The notes under the pieces are model-generated. The model searched no databases, was not told the origin of the DNA, and was given only the letters and a program-made list of their open reading frames with translations. From Bacillota bacterium (lineage in GTDB: Bacteria > Bacillota_I > Bacilli_A > RF39 > UBA660): 64,000 nt of DNA. The translations under genes were made by a program, and so were the position numbers. Where the stretch lies: NCBI GenBank assembly GCA_015059335.1, contig SVAP01000002.1:12170-76169 (forward strand), written 5' to 3'. Shown here one piece after another: positions 1 to 10,500 of the stretch. Positions within the stretch are counted from its first letter, which is position 1. Every line of letters starts with the position of its first letter.

Positions 1-548
1 CATTCTCAAAAGCAGAAATAACTGCAGAAGAAGTTGGTTTATCAACACTAACTATTAAAACTCTTGATGGAAGTAATGTTGAAAAAGAAATATTAGTAGA
101 AGTAATTGAACATGACATTCATTCTGATGAATACAATATTGATTTAAATAATAAAAAAGTAAAAAGAATGCATGATAAATTAAAATATAATGATTTATTT
201 ACAAAGATTAATGTTCATGAACAAGTAACTACAAAAGCATTTAAAAATGATGTAGAAATAAATTATGATAATGATATGATTGGTACAGGAACTATTTTAA
301 AAACTTATCTAAATAATAAATTATTCAATAGTTATACAATGATAGTTGATGGGGATTTAAATGGTGATGGTAAAGTCGTAGCAAACGACATATTATTTGT
401 TAAATCTCACATATTGAAAAAACAAACTTTAGAGGGAATATATTTTGAAGCAGGAGATATTGATAAAAATGGTTCAGCAAATGCTACTGATATTCTATAT
501 ATGAAAAGATATATTTTAAGTAAATCTGACAATGTGTGGGGTGATTAA
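1..548 (+). CDS. C-terminal fragment of a secreted Ig-like (Big_2) + dockerin protein; the 5' end lies upstream of the window
   Basis: Frame 3 is open from nt 3 (FSKAEITAEEVGLSTLTIKTLDGSNVEKEILVEV, the end of a Big_2-type domain) into the listed ORF 168..548. The C-terminus has two F-hand repeats, DLNGDGKVVANDILFVKSHIL and DIDKNGSANATDILYMKRYIL. It ends DNVWGD, like the other dockerin proteins of the locus. Confidence 0.8.
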   Translation, partial: FSKAEITAEEVGLSTLTIKTLDGSNVEKEILVEVIEHDIHSDEYNIDLNNKKVKRMHDKLKYNDLFTKINVHEQVTTKAFKNDVEINYDNDMIGTGTILKTYLNNKLFNSYTMIVDGDLNGDGKVVANDILFVKSHILKKQTLEGIYFEAGDIDKNGSANATDILYMKRYILSKSDNVWGD

Positions 549-549
549 G

Positions 550-1455
550 TTGTTTAAAAGAGTATTATGGATCATTCCTTTAGTAATATTGTTATCAACT
601 ACTAATGTGTATGCAGCAACATTTGACATGGATTTGGTAATAGACCAAACAACAGTAACTAAAGGTGAAAATTTAAATGTAAAATTATCTAACAAAAATT
701 TAGATGAAAATGGATTAGCATCAGGTCAATTTTATATTGAGTATGATACAAGTTATTATAATTTCAGTTGTGATGATGTAACATATAAACAAAATGTTAC
801 ATCTTCTGAAATTGATTGTAATGTGTCCAATAATCAAATAATTATTATGTATGTTGATGAAGATGCTGGAGATAGTCCAATAACTAATGGGGAATTTTTA
901 AATTTAAAATTCAACGTTAAAACAGGTGTTACAACAACAACACCAACTACTTTTAAATTAAGTGGAGAAGGATTTTCAAGTGTTAATGGGAGTAAGGTTG
1001 TTAATCTAACATCTAATTCAAATATCACTAAAACTGTTTCAATAGAAAAACAAAAAAATTCAGATATTTATTTAGGAACATTAAGCATTGATGGATATAA
1101 TATAGGATTCGATAAAAATAAATTTGAATATTCTATTGAAGTAGAAAACAATGTATCTAAAATAAATATAAAAGCAATTACTAATACTTCAACATCTACT
1201 GTAGTTGGTAGTGGGGAAAAAGAATTAGTAGTTGGAGATAATAAATTTACATTAACAGTAACTGCTGAAAATGGTTCAAAACAAAACTATGTTATTAATG
1301 TAAAAAGATTAGATGTTGCAAAAGATACAGGAACAATTAAAGAAAATCCACAAACAGGAGTGAATAATAGTATAACAGTTATTGTATTTATACTTATAGC
1401 AGGAGCTGCAACATTATATTTTACAAGAAAGAGAAATTTCTTTCCAAAGATTTAA
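550..1455 (+). CDS. Cell-wall-anchored single-cohesin protein (signal peptide, cohesin-like module, cadherin-like beta-sandwich, NPQTG sortase signal)
   Basis: Signal peptide ends ...STTNVYA. Cohesin-type pattern: GLASGQFYIEYDTSYY...NQIIIMYVDEDAGDSPITNGEFLNLKFNVK. Cadherin-like pattern: LGTLSIDGYNIGFDKNKFEYSIEV...FTLTVTAENGSKQNYVINVKR. C-terminus is NPQTG + hydrophobic helix + RKR. TTG at 550 sits 5 nt after a GGGGTGA SD inside the upstream NVWG codons; GTG 541 and ATG 532 are alternative starts. Confidence 0.75.
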   Translation: MFKRVLWIIPLVILLSTTNVYAATFDMDLVIDQTTVTKGENLNVKLSNKNLDENGLASGQFYIEYDTSYYNFSCDDVTYKQNVTSSEIDCNVSNNQIIIMYVDEDAGDSPITNGEFLNLKFNVKTGVTTTTPTTFKLSGEGFSSVNGSKVVNLTSNSNITKTVSIEKQKNSDIYLGTLSIDGYNIGFDKNKFEYSIEVENNVSKINIKAITNTSTSTVVGSGEKELVVGDNKFTLTVTAENGSKQNYVINVKRLDVAKDTGTIKENPQTGVNNSITVIVFILIAGAATLYFTRKRNFFPKI

Positions 1456-1464
1456 GGAGAATTT

Positions 1465-2550
1465 ATGAAGAAAGTATTTTTAATGATTCTTCCAATATTA
1501 ATGTTATTTATGCCAACAGTTGTAAATGCTAGTACTAATTTTAATACTAGCATTTCTGTTAGTAGTAGTGATATTAAATTGGATAAAGAGTTTAGTATAT
1601 CAATTAATTTATCAAATTTAAGTAGTTCAGGTTTAGCATCTGGACAATATTATATCTCATACGATAAAAGTAAAATGTCGTATTTAGGATATTCAGTAGG
1701 ACAAAACAAACCTGATGCTGATTACAGTGTAAATGATAACAATGGAAATATTGTTGTATTATATGTAGATAATACAGCAGGGGAAAATACATTAAAAAAT
1801 GGTTTATTTGCTACTTTAAAATTTAAAGCAATAAAAGAGGGAACAGGTAGTATTAATTTGTCTGGTGAGGGTTTTGCAACTATTACTGATTCAATTATTG
1901 ATTTATCAACAAATACTGCTAGTAAATCAATTACAATAACAAAAGAAGTTGTTGTTCCGCCGGCACAAGAGGAAAATAAAAATAATAATAATAACAATAA
2001 TACAAACAACAATAATAATTCAAATAATACTACAAATAAAACTGAAAATAAAAAAGAAGAAGTAAAAAATGAAGAATCAAAATTAAGTAATGATGCATTA
2101 TTAAAGAAATTACAAATAGAAGGATTAGAATTAAATTTTAGTAGTGATAAAACTGATTATAAAATATCAGTACCGTATGAAACAACTAAATTAAATATAA
2201 GTTATGAAACATCTCATGATAAGGCAATCGTGGAATTAAATAATAAACCATTACAAGTAGGTAATAATGAAATAACAATCAAAGTAATTGCTGAAGATAA
2301 AACAGAAAAAATATATAAAATAACAGTTACAAGAAATGAAGAAATACCTGTTATAGATTTAGATGATGACGAAAAGAATGATGGAGAAATAGAAGAACAA
2401 GATAATGCTAAATCAAAAGAGAATAATACAACAAAAATTATTGTTTGTTCAATAGTTATAATATTAGTATTTGGACTTGGTGGATATGCATTATACATAA
2501 CCATAAAAAAGAAAAAAGATGAAAAAAATAATATTGAAATTGAAAAATAA
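1465..2550 (+). CDS. Membrane-anchored single-cohesin protein (signal peptide, cohesin-like module, poly-Asn linker, cadherin-like domain, C-terminal TM helix)
   Basis: AAGGAG SD lies 6 nt upstream. Cohesin-type pattern: GLASGQYYISYDKSKM...GNIVVLYVDNTAGENTLKNGLFATLKFKAIK. N-rich linker NKNNNNNNNTNNNNNSNN. Cadherin-like pattern: LLKKLQIEGLELNFSSDKTDYKISV...ITIKVIAEDKTEKIYKITVTR. C-terminal helix IIVCSIVIILVFGLGGYALYI followed by KKKKDEK; no LPXTG-like motif. Confidence 0.7.
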   Translation: MKKVFLMILPILMLFMPTVVNASTNFNTSISVSSSDIKLDKEFSISINLSNLSSSGLASGQYYISYDKSKMSYLGYSVGQNKPDADYSVNDNNGNIVVLYVDNTAGENTLKNGLFATLKFKAIKEGTGSINLSGEGFATITDSIIDLSTNTASKSITITKEVVVPPAQEENKNNNNNNNTNNNNNSNNTTNKTENKKEEVKNEESKLSNDALLKKLQIEGLELNFSSDKTDYKISVPYETTKLNISYETSHDKAIVELNNKPLQVGNNEITIKVIAEDKTEKIYKITVTRNEEIPVIDLDDDEKNDGEIEEQDNAKSKENNTTKIIVCSIVIILVFGLGGYALYITIKKKKDEKNNIEIEK

Positions 2551-4573
2551 AACAACATTTTTAATCTTATCATTCATTTTCATCTTTGCCTTAGTTGGAA
2601 TGTTTTTTTGTAAAAATAATACTAAAACAATTAATGCTAATTATCTTTCTTATTCTATTGAAAATAATAATATTGATGAACCTAAAGAATGTGAGTTTAG
2701 TGAGGAATATAAGGCATGGTTATCACTTTCTGAGGGTGAACAAAATAATATAGAAATGCCTGAAGTATGTGCAGAATATTCAAACGGTGAAATAAACGAT
2801 AATATGACTTTGTTTAATATTGATAGTAAATTACCTTTAAAATATGACTCACGAAATATTGAAGGGAAAAGTTTTATTACAAGTGTTAGAAGTCAAGGAT
2901 TCACTGGATTATGTTGGGCTTTTTCTGCCATTGATGCAATAGAGTCTAATATATTAAAAACAAGTAATCAGAATTTTGATTTATCTCCAACACATATCTC
3001 ATACGCCACATCATATAAAAATTTTATAGATGGTGTAAACATAGAAGGTAATAGTACAAGAATAGTTGGAGATGGTGGAACTCATTTAGACGTTGCATCA
3101 TATTTAACTAAATTAAAAGGACCAATTTTTGAGAGCGATTGGCTAATCAATGATTTTTATAACAAAGAACCTAAAAATGGAAACACAATGTTAAAATCAA
3201 TTTATTTAAATGAAATTAATACAAAAAAAACAATTGCTGATGTTAATAATATAATATGGTATCAAAATGATACTTGCACGAATGATGATTTAAATTATAT
3301 TAAACAAAATATAATGGATCATGGTTCTGTATCCATCTCATATTATAATGCAGATTCTAGTATTGACGGCAGTGATTATATTAATGAAGATTGGTTTGAA
3401 ACAGGAGAATACTACTATTATTATAATGGTACGAAAAATCCCAATCATGCTGTAACATTAGTAGGGTGGGATGACTCTATTTCAATTGATAATTTTTCAT
3501 CAGATAATAGTCCATCAAAAGCCGGCGCTTTCATAGTTAAAAATACTCGTGGTTCACAAATGTTTAATGATGGATATATGTATATATCTTATGAAGATAC
3601 AAATTTATGTAAAAGTGTTGAAATATATAATGATATAGATTATAAAATTGAAGATAATGTTTATTATTATGACCAATTAGGTCATTGGGGAGGAATAGGA
3701 AGTAAAAATTCTAACAATATTGCATGGGCAGCAAATAAATTCAAAAAGAAAACAGCAAATGAAGAAGTATTAAAAGAAGTTACAATTGGTACTAGAGGAG
3801 ATACTGATTATGAAATATATATTTCTTTTAATGATAATTTAAATGATAGGACTTTAATAGGTAAAGGAAATATTGATCATAAAGGATATGGTACTCATAA
3901 GTTTTCTAATGAAATTTTAATTGAAAAAGATTTTTCTATAATTGTAAAATATATTGCAAATTACAGTTCGGATTCATATACTCCTGTAGCAGTACAAGAT
4001 AGTAGGGTAAAAGGATTTGAAAATACAACATTAAGAGCTGGACAAAGTTTCTATTCATTATATGGAAATACTTGGACTGATTTATATGATAAAAGTGATA
4101 CATTTATTCCTTCAATAAAAGCATATACAAATAATAATACATATGATTTAAAATCAGACAAGTATAATTTTGATGACAATTTAATAATTAAAAATATAAA
4201 AGATAAATTATTATTTGATGATTTTATAACTGATTTCACAGTTAATAGTAATATTAAAACTAAAATATTTAATGAAGATAGAGAAATAGATTATACAAAA
4301 CCATTAGGAACAGGGAACAAATTAAAAACATATTCTAATGATGAACTATTAAATGAATATACTTTAATTGTGTCTGGTGATATTAATGGTGATGGACAAG
4401 TAAATGCAAGTGATATTCTATATATGAAAAGACATATTTTAAGTAAAAGTACATTAGAAAATATACTATTTACAGCAGGGGATATTGATGAAAATAATTC
4501 AGTTAATGCTACTGATATTATATATTTAAAAAGATATATACTTGGTAAAACTGATAATGTGTGGGGTAGTTAA
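2519..4573 (+). CDS. Secreted papain-family (C1) cysteine peptidase with C-terminal dockerin
   Basis: N-terminal signal/anchor helix. Catalytic Cys motif SQGFTGLCWAFSAIDAIESN and His motif NHAVTLVGWDD. C-terminal SGDINGDGQVNASDILYMKRHIL ... DIDENNSVNATDIIYLKRYILGKTDNVWGS. Overlaps the upstream gene by 32 nt. Confidence 0.85.
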   Translation: MKKIILKLKNKTTFLILSFIFIFALVGMFFCKNNTKTINANYLSYSIENNNIDEPKECEFSEEYKAWLSLSEGEQNNIEMPEVCAEYSNGEINDNMTLFNIDSKLPLKYDSRNIEGKSFITSVRSQGFTGLCWAFSAIDAIESNILKTSNQNFDLSPTHISYATSYKNFIDGVNIEGNSTRIVGDGGTHLDVASYLTKLKGPIFESDWLINDFYNKEPKNGNTMLKSIYLNEINTKKTIADVNNIIWYQNDTCTNDDLNYIKQNIMDHGSVSISYYNADSSIDGSDYINEDWFETGEYYYYYNGTKNPNHAVTLVGWDDSISIDNFSSDNSPSKAGAFIVKNTRGSQMFNDGYMYISYEDTNLCKSVEIYNDIDYKIEDNVYYYDQLGHWGGIGSKNSNNIAWAANKFKKKTANEEVLKEVTIGTRGDTDYEIYISFNDNLNDRTLIGKGNIDHKGYGTHKFSNEILIEKDFSIIVKYIANYSSDSYTPVAVQDSRVKGFENTTLRAGQSFYSLYGNTWTDLYDKSDTFIPSIKAYTNNNTYDLKSDKYNFDDNLIIKNIKDKLLFDDFITDFTVNSNIKTKIFNEDREIDYTKPLGTGNKLKTYSNDELLNEYTLIVSGDINGDGQVNASDILYMKRHILSKSTLENILFTAGDIDENNSVNATDIIYLKRYILGKTDNVWGS

Positions 4574-4582
4574 GTATGAAAA
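4469..4582 (+). repeat. Near-identical ~114-nt dockerin-end/gene-junction repeat, copy 1
   Basis: tttacagcaggggatattgatgaaaataattcagttaatgctac.gatattatata.ttaaaaagatatat...ggtaaaactgataatgtgtggggtagttaagtatga recurs at 7397..7510 with only a handful of mismatches. A more diverged copy ends at 11717. Confidence 0.85.
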
Positions 4583-7500
4583 AGAAAATATTAAATAAAA
4601 AAATTATTATAATAGGAATATTTATTTTATTAGTGTTTAGTTTAGGCATATTTATAAATAATGCGTTTTTTAAACCAACTAAATTAAATGCATTTATTGC
4701 TGCAAAAATATATAAAAGTCCTGCAAATACTGCGTTTGAAGATGATAATTTTTATAGGTGTGTTGTTGATGCTTATAATAGTGGAAAGGCCAGTAATGAA
4801 CAAGTAGCATATGGACATAGTTTAACTGATGAAGAATTAGAAAGTATTGAAACTTTGTCGTGTGGAAGTAGAACTGATACTATTCATAATATTAATGGTA
4901 TTCACTATTTAACTGGATTGAAAACATTGGTTTTAAATTTTGCTTATTTAGATTCGGATGAACAAAGTGAATTTGTTCTTGATTTAATTGAATTTAAAAA
5001 TTTAAAAACATTATCTTTATATTCTGTTTCTGGAATAACAAAAATAAATATTGGAAATAATGATAGTTTAAAAACAATAAATTTATTTCAATATGGATTA
5101 AATGAAATAAATTTAGGTGATTTACCAAATTTGACATCAATATCAATAGAAGGAGATTTAACTAATGATATCAATGTTACAGGAGCTCCAAAATTAGAGG
5201 TTTTAAAACTTGAAGAAGCGGGTGGTATTCTAACAGAAGAAGGAATATATAATATTGATGTAACAAAAAATCCAGAATTAACTGAATTGGTAGTTGAAGG
5301 AAATAATATATCAACAATTGATGTTACAAATAATTTAAAATTAACTGAATTAATTTTAAATAATAATAATTTATCCGAACTAGATGTAACAAATAATCCG
5401 AATTTATTTAAATTAGATGCAAGGAATAATAATATATCTAGTATAAATTTAACTAATAATTTAGAATTAACACATTTATTATTAGATAATAACACAATAG
5501 AAAAGATTGATTTATCTAATAATAGAAAACTAAATCAGTTATTTATTAGGGATAATAATTTATCTGAAATAAACTTGGAAAATTGTGCAGAACTTACAGA
5601 GGCCTTATTATCAAATAATAAAATAGAATTAATAAAAGTTGCAAACAGTGTTAGTGTAATAGATTTAAGTAATAATAAATTGAATAATGTGGATTTTGAA
5701 AGTAATGATTTTCGTACATTATTAGTGGATAACAATAATTTATCAGAATTAGATATAGAACATATGACTAAATTAGTTTTATTGCAAGCTCGTGATAATA
5801 AAATAAGTACAATAGATTTATCAAGCGCTATTGATTTAGCACATTTAGTTTTAGATAATAATAACATTCAAGAATTAGATTTAGATAATAACATTAATTT
5901 AATAACGTTAGAATTATCTAATAATGATATTAGAGAATTAAATTTAACTCAAAATGTAAATTTGAATTTATTATATTTAAATGGAAATAATAATTTAAAA
6001 AAAGTAATTGTTGATGATATACAAAATATACATGATTTTAAAATTGAAATGACTGATAAAATTATTGGATATAGAAATATAGAAAAAACTATTTCAGTTA
6101 GTGATTATATTGAAAATATTAAAGAAATAGATGAGAGTAAGATAAAAATTTATTTTAATAATAAATTTTTAGAACCACCAATAATCCAATTTGATAATAT
6201 AGGTTTAACACAATTTTCAAGAAATGGTATATATTTTTATAATAACACTAATGAAATGTATGGTAATTTGAATATTAATTATGACTTATATGTACTTGAT
6301 TTAACAAGTGATGTATATACAATTAATAACGATGAAGGTTATATTGATATAGGTGATGAAAGAATCACAAATGATATTATCGAAAATTTAAATGTAAATT
6401 ATGGAGATATTCAGATAAAGAACAATAAATTACAAATTTTATTTGAAGACGAATTAATCAAAGAATTTGACATTGTAACCACTTATGAAGAAAAAATAAA
6501 TATAAACGATTTTGAAATAAGTAATTCAATAAATGATGAAGCAAAATGGTTTAATGGTTATAGAGGAAATATATCATTTAATATTTCATCTGACGATATA
6601 CAAGATTTTTCAAATTTTGACATAAAAGTATTAAAAGATGAAAACGAAATAAATGATTTTCATATTACTAAATCACAAACAAGTGATATATTAAATGTTA
6701 ATATTTCTAGTTTAGTATCAACTAATCCTAATATCTTTGAAACAGGTAACTATGTTATTAACATTTATATTAATGAAAATTTAATAATATTAAAAGAATT
6801 TGAAATTCACGAACCAATTAAGATTACTGATATTCAAATAGAAGATATGATTATAAATTATAGGGATAGCAGTATAAGTATTGATTATGATATTTTACCT
6901 AAAAATGCTACTAATAAAAATTTAACATTTACAATAGATGATACATCAATAGCACAATTAGATATTTATAATAAAATTCATCCACAAACTGTTGGTCAAA
7001 CAAAGTTAACGCTTATAGCACAAGATGGTAGTGATATTGAAAAACAAGTAAATATTTCTATCAATGATTTTGGATTTGCTCAACATACATTTAAAATTGA
7101 TTATAATAATAAAATAATCAGAAAAATAAATGCTAAATTATCATATTCTGATTTTGTTAATAAATTTATAAAACAAGATTTATTGACATTTGGAATTTAT
7201 TCAAATGAAGAAGAAATAAATAATACTGATTATATTAGTACAAATAGTATATTGAAAAGTAACTTTAATGGTGTAAATAATAATTTTACAATGATAGTTG
7301 ATGGGGATTTAAATGGTGATGGATTAGCTAATGCTGCCGATATTATATTTATGAAAAGATATATTTTAGGTAAAAACACCTTAGATGATATTTTGTTTAC
7401 AGCAGGGGATATTGATGAAAATAATTCAGTTAATGCTACCGATATTATATACTTAAAAAGATATATTTTAGGTAAAACTGATAATGTGTGGGGTAGTTAA
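4576..7500 (+). CDS. Secreted leucine-rich-repeat protein with Big_2 Ig-like domain and C-terminal dockerin
   Basis: About 15 consecutive 22-aa LRRs (NNLSELDVTNNPNLFKLDARNNNISSINLTNNLELTHLLLDNN...). Big_2-like segment ITDIQIEDMIINYRDSSISIDYDILPKNATNKNLTFTIDD...GQTKLTLIAQDGSDIEKQVNISI. Dockerin DGDLNGDGLANAADIIFMKRYIL...DIDENNSVNATDIIYLKRYILGKTDNVWGS. The ATG is 2 nt after the upstream stop. Confidence 0.85.
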   Translation: MKKKILNKKIIIIGIFILLVFSLGIFINNAFFKPTKLNAFIAAKIYKSPANTAFEDDNFYRCVVDAYNSGKASNEQVAYGHSLTDEELESIETLSCGSRTDTIHNINGIHYLTGLKTLVLNFAYLDSDEQSEFVLDLIEFKNLKTLSLYSVSGITKINIGNNDSLKTINLFQYGLNEINLGDLPNLTSISIEGDLTNDINVTGAPKLEVLKLEEAGGILTEEGIYNIDVTKNPELTELVVEGNNISTIDVTNNLKLTELILNNNNLSELDVTNNPNLFKLDARNNNISSINLTNNLELTHLLLDNNTIEKIDLSNNRKLNQLFIRDNNLSEINLENCAELTEALLSNNKIELIKVANSVSVIDLSNNKLNNVDFESNDFRTLLVDNNNLSELDIEHMTKLVLLQARDNKISTIDLSSAIDLAHLVLDNNNIQELDLDNNINLITLELSNNDIRELNLTQNVNLNLLYLNGNNNLKKVIVDDIQNIHDFKIEMTDKIIGYRNIEKTISVSDYIENIKEIDESKIKIYFNNKFLEPPIIQFDNIGLTQFSRNGIYFYNNTNEMYGNLNINYDLYVLDLTSDVYTINNDEGYIDIGDERITNDIIENLNVNYGDIQIKNNKLQILFEDELIKEFDIVTTYEEKININDFEISNSINDEAKWFNGYRGNISFNISSDDIQDFSNFDIKVLKDENEINDFHITKSQTSDILNVNISSLVSTNPNIFETGNYVINIYINENLIILKEFEIHEPIKITDIQIEDMIINYRDSSISIDYDILPKNATNKNLTFTIDDTSIAQLDIYNKIHPQTVGQTKLTLIAQDGSDIEKQVNISINDFGFAQHTFKIDYNNKIIRKINAKLSYSDFVNKFIKQDLLTFGIYSNEEEINNTDYISTNSILKSNFNGVNNNFTMIVDGDLNGDGLANAADIIFMKRYILGKNTLDDILFTAGDIDENNSVNATDIIYLKRYILGKTDNVWGS
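5026..6001 (+). repeat. Tandem ~66-bp coding periodicity (the LRR array within 4576..7500)
   Basis: Repeated aat-aat-tta-tc.-gaa-tta-gat-type units translate to LxxLxLxxNxLxxIDLxxN repeats. The repeat is coding. Confidence 0.8.
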
Positions 7501-7510
7501 GTATGAGAAA
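7397..7510 (+). repeat. Near-identical ~114-nt dockerin-end/gene-junction repeat, copy 2
   Basis: Same sequence as 4469..4582, including stop codon, 2-nt spacer and the next ATG (taagtatga). Confidence 0.85.
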
Positions 7511-10500
7511 AAGTATTATAGTATTAATAATTTCTATACTTCTTCTAATTCCACAATATAATGTAAGTGCATTAAATAATAATGAATTAGAAGAAACATA
7601 TAGAACTGAAGAAAATAAAGTTAAGGGTGAACCTTATTTAAATCCAATGTGGGTTGAGTGGAATAACTTACCAGATGAGGAAAAAACAAAATGGGAAGTT
7701 ATTCCCCAAAAACTTATTGTTGATTATGTATATGAACATGAACCGACAACATATGATACATTAATTAATAAATATAACTTATTAGTACCTAAATCTGAAA
7801 CTTATCCAAGTACATATAACTTAAAAGATGAAGGTTATGTTAGTCCAATTAAAAATCAAAGCACATTAGGACTATGTTGGGATTTTGCAACTATTGCTGC
7901 AATAGAGTCTAATGCTCTTAAAACCTTGGGTAAAAGTTTAATATTTTCTGAAAGACAAATAGACTATGCTCTATCTAACCCGGCAACAAGTATTACCGAA
8001 GGATATAATCCTTATGGTGATAGTAATAGAACATTAGGTGATGGTGGAAATTTTAGTGATGTTACAACTTTATTTATGGATGGAATATCACCCCAACTTA
8101 CATCAGTTTGGGGTAATTATTCTACAAGTTCTACGAAACAAAAATTATCCAAAGTAATTAATAACAACAATGTAGAATATCAGGTTACTAATACTGTTCA
8201 ATTTCCATATATAAATATGGGAACTGCTTCCAAAGAAGAAAAGAATTCATATATTAAAATGATCAAAAAACATATTATGAATTATGGTGGTGTTTATATT
8301 TCAACAATTACACCAGATTCTAGAGGTGGAAGTTGCTATAATAGTCAATATAATATGTCTTATAAATATGAGGGATGTACTACTTCAGATACAGATTCTT
8401 GGCATGCTATGTTAATAATTGGATGGAATGATACATATGGTCCAGATTATAATGGTGATGGGGTAGGAGATGGTGCGTGGATACTTAAAAACTCATGGGG
8501 AAGTCAAAATCAATATCCATACGTTTCATATTATTCGTTAGATTCAGAATATAATGGTATTATTTCTATTGAAGAAAAAAATTGGGATAATAATTATAAT
8601 GCTTATGATTTACATACAACAAATATTTTAAGTTCAACTTCATCAGAAACTATAAAAACATTTAAATATTATAAAGATGAAAAAAACAAAGAAATATTAA
8701 ATAAAATAAGTTTTTTTTCTTATGCTGATAAAGAATATAGCATTTATCTTAATCAAACAGATAATATTGAGGATAATATTTTAATTGGACAAATTACTAC
8801 CGACAGAACAGGTATTTATTCTATTGATACACAAGATATAGAATTAATTAATAATTCTTTTACTGTAACAATAAAAGGGCAATCTATATTTGGTAAATTA
8901 AATGTTTATACTAGTGATTATGATGAAAGTACTGAAAAAAAAGTGTCAACATATATAAAAAATGATTTTGTTGATTTTAACAAAACAACATCTTCTAGTA
9001 TTGCTTCTTTTGAATTAGCAACATTTACTAAAAATATTGAAACGGGTACTGAAATAAAATATAAAATATATAAAGAAAATACTGATATAACAAATCTTTT
9101 TACAATTCCCAAAACATATATAATTAATGATGGTTCTTTAACTACTATTGAATATGATAAATCAATAATAGAATATGGTAATTATAAAGTAGAAACATAT
9201 ATAAATAATATTAAAGAGAATACGTACAATTTTACAGTTGGAGCTGAATTAATAAAAGATATATATGTTCCTAGCAAAATAGTTTTATCGTTGGGAGAGA
9301 CACGTTCTCTACCCATAAAAATAAAAGATAGTTCAGCATATGATAAAAGTATTACATATACATTTCTTGATAATGGAATAGTATCAATAGATGAGAGTGG
9401 CAAATTGACTGCAGAAGCATTGGGTAAAACAACATTACACCTATCTACAAATGATTATTCTGATATAGAAAGAAATATAGAAATTGAAGTAAGACAATTA
9501 AATGGTGTAGGAACAATTAATAATCCTTACTTAATTAATGATAAATATGAATTGTATTTGATAAAAAATAATTTGTCGGCGTCTTATAAATTAACCAATA
9601 ATATAACATTTAATGAAGACGATTTTGAACCCAATGGAGATTTCTACAATGCAGGATATAATTGGTATTCTATAAATAATTTTACTGGCATTTTTGATGG
9701 TAATAACAAGAATATTAAAGGGTTAAGGGTATATATAGGTCTATCTGAAATGAATATGGGGTTGTTTGGTAAAATAGAAGGTGCGACTATTAAAAATATT
9801 ACATTTGAAAATTGTTCATCACATGCAACGAGTGGAAATTTTGGGATTGTTGCAGGAATGTCAATTAATTCTACTTTTGAGAATATAACTGTATTAAATT
9901 CAAATATAACAGTTATGAATAAAAGTAATGCAGGAGCAATAGTTGGTTCTGATGAGTCTAGTACATTTAAAAATATATCATCATTAAAAAATAGTATTGG
10001 TGGTATTTCTGGTAATTTAAACAAGAAAATTGGAGGAATAGTTGGCGTTTCAAAAAATACACTATTTAATAACATTAGTAATACCAGTACAGTTTATGGT
10101 GGCTATTTAAGTAATGTTGGTGGGATTGTCGGAGAAAGCAATAATGCTACAATTATAAACTCAACAAATTCTGGTAATATTAAAATATCATATGCATCAA
10201 ATGTTCCAGACACATCAACAACTGGTGGAATTGTCGGCACCTCATTGGATTCTACTATTATTTCTTCAAATAATGATGGTGCAATAAATGGTAGATTTAC
10301 AATGGGTGGTATAGTTGGAAAATCTAACAATACTTACATAAAAGATGTTTATAATAATGGTGCAATTTTACCTATTTCAGATAAAGCAAATTATGGTAAG
10401 CATTCTAGACAATTTTACGTTGGTGCTATTATTGGATATAGTGACTATAGTTTGTTAAGTAATGTGTTTTCTCTTGTAACATATGATAAAGAAACTATAA

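Noticed and set aside
1975-2040. AAT/AAC-rich simple-sequence stretch as a possible phase-variation tract
   Set aside because: It encodes an in-frame poly-Asn linker made of mixed aat/aac/aca codons, not a pure homopolymer or perfect microsatellite. Length changes in triplets would only alter linker length.
5026-6001. Regular ~66-bp periodicity that might suggest a CRISPR-like or satellite array
   Set aside because: The periodicity is in frame within a 974-aa ORF and translates to canonical 22-aa leucine-rich repeats. There are no unique spacers and no cas genes.
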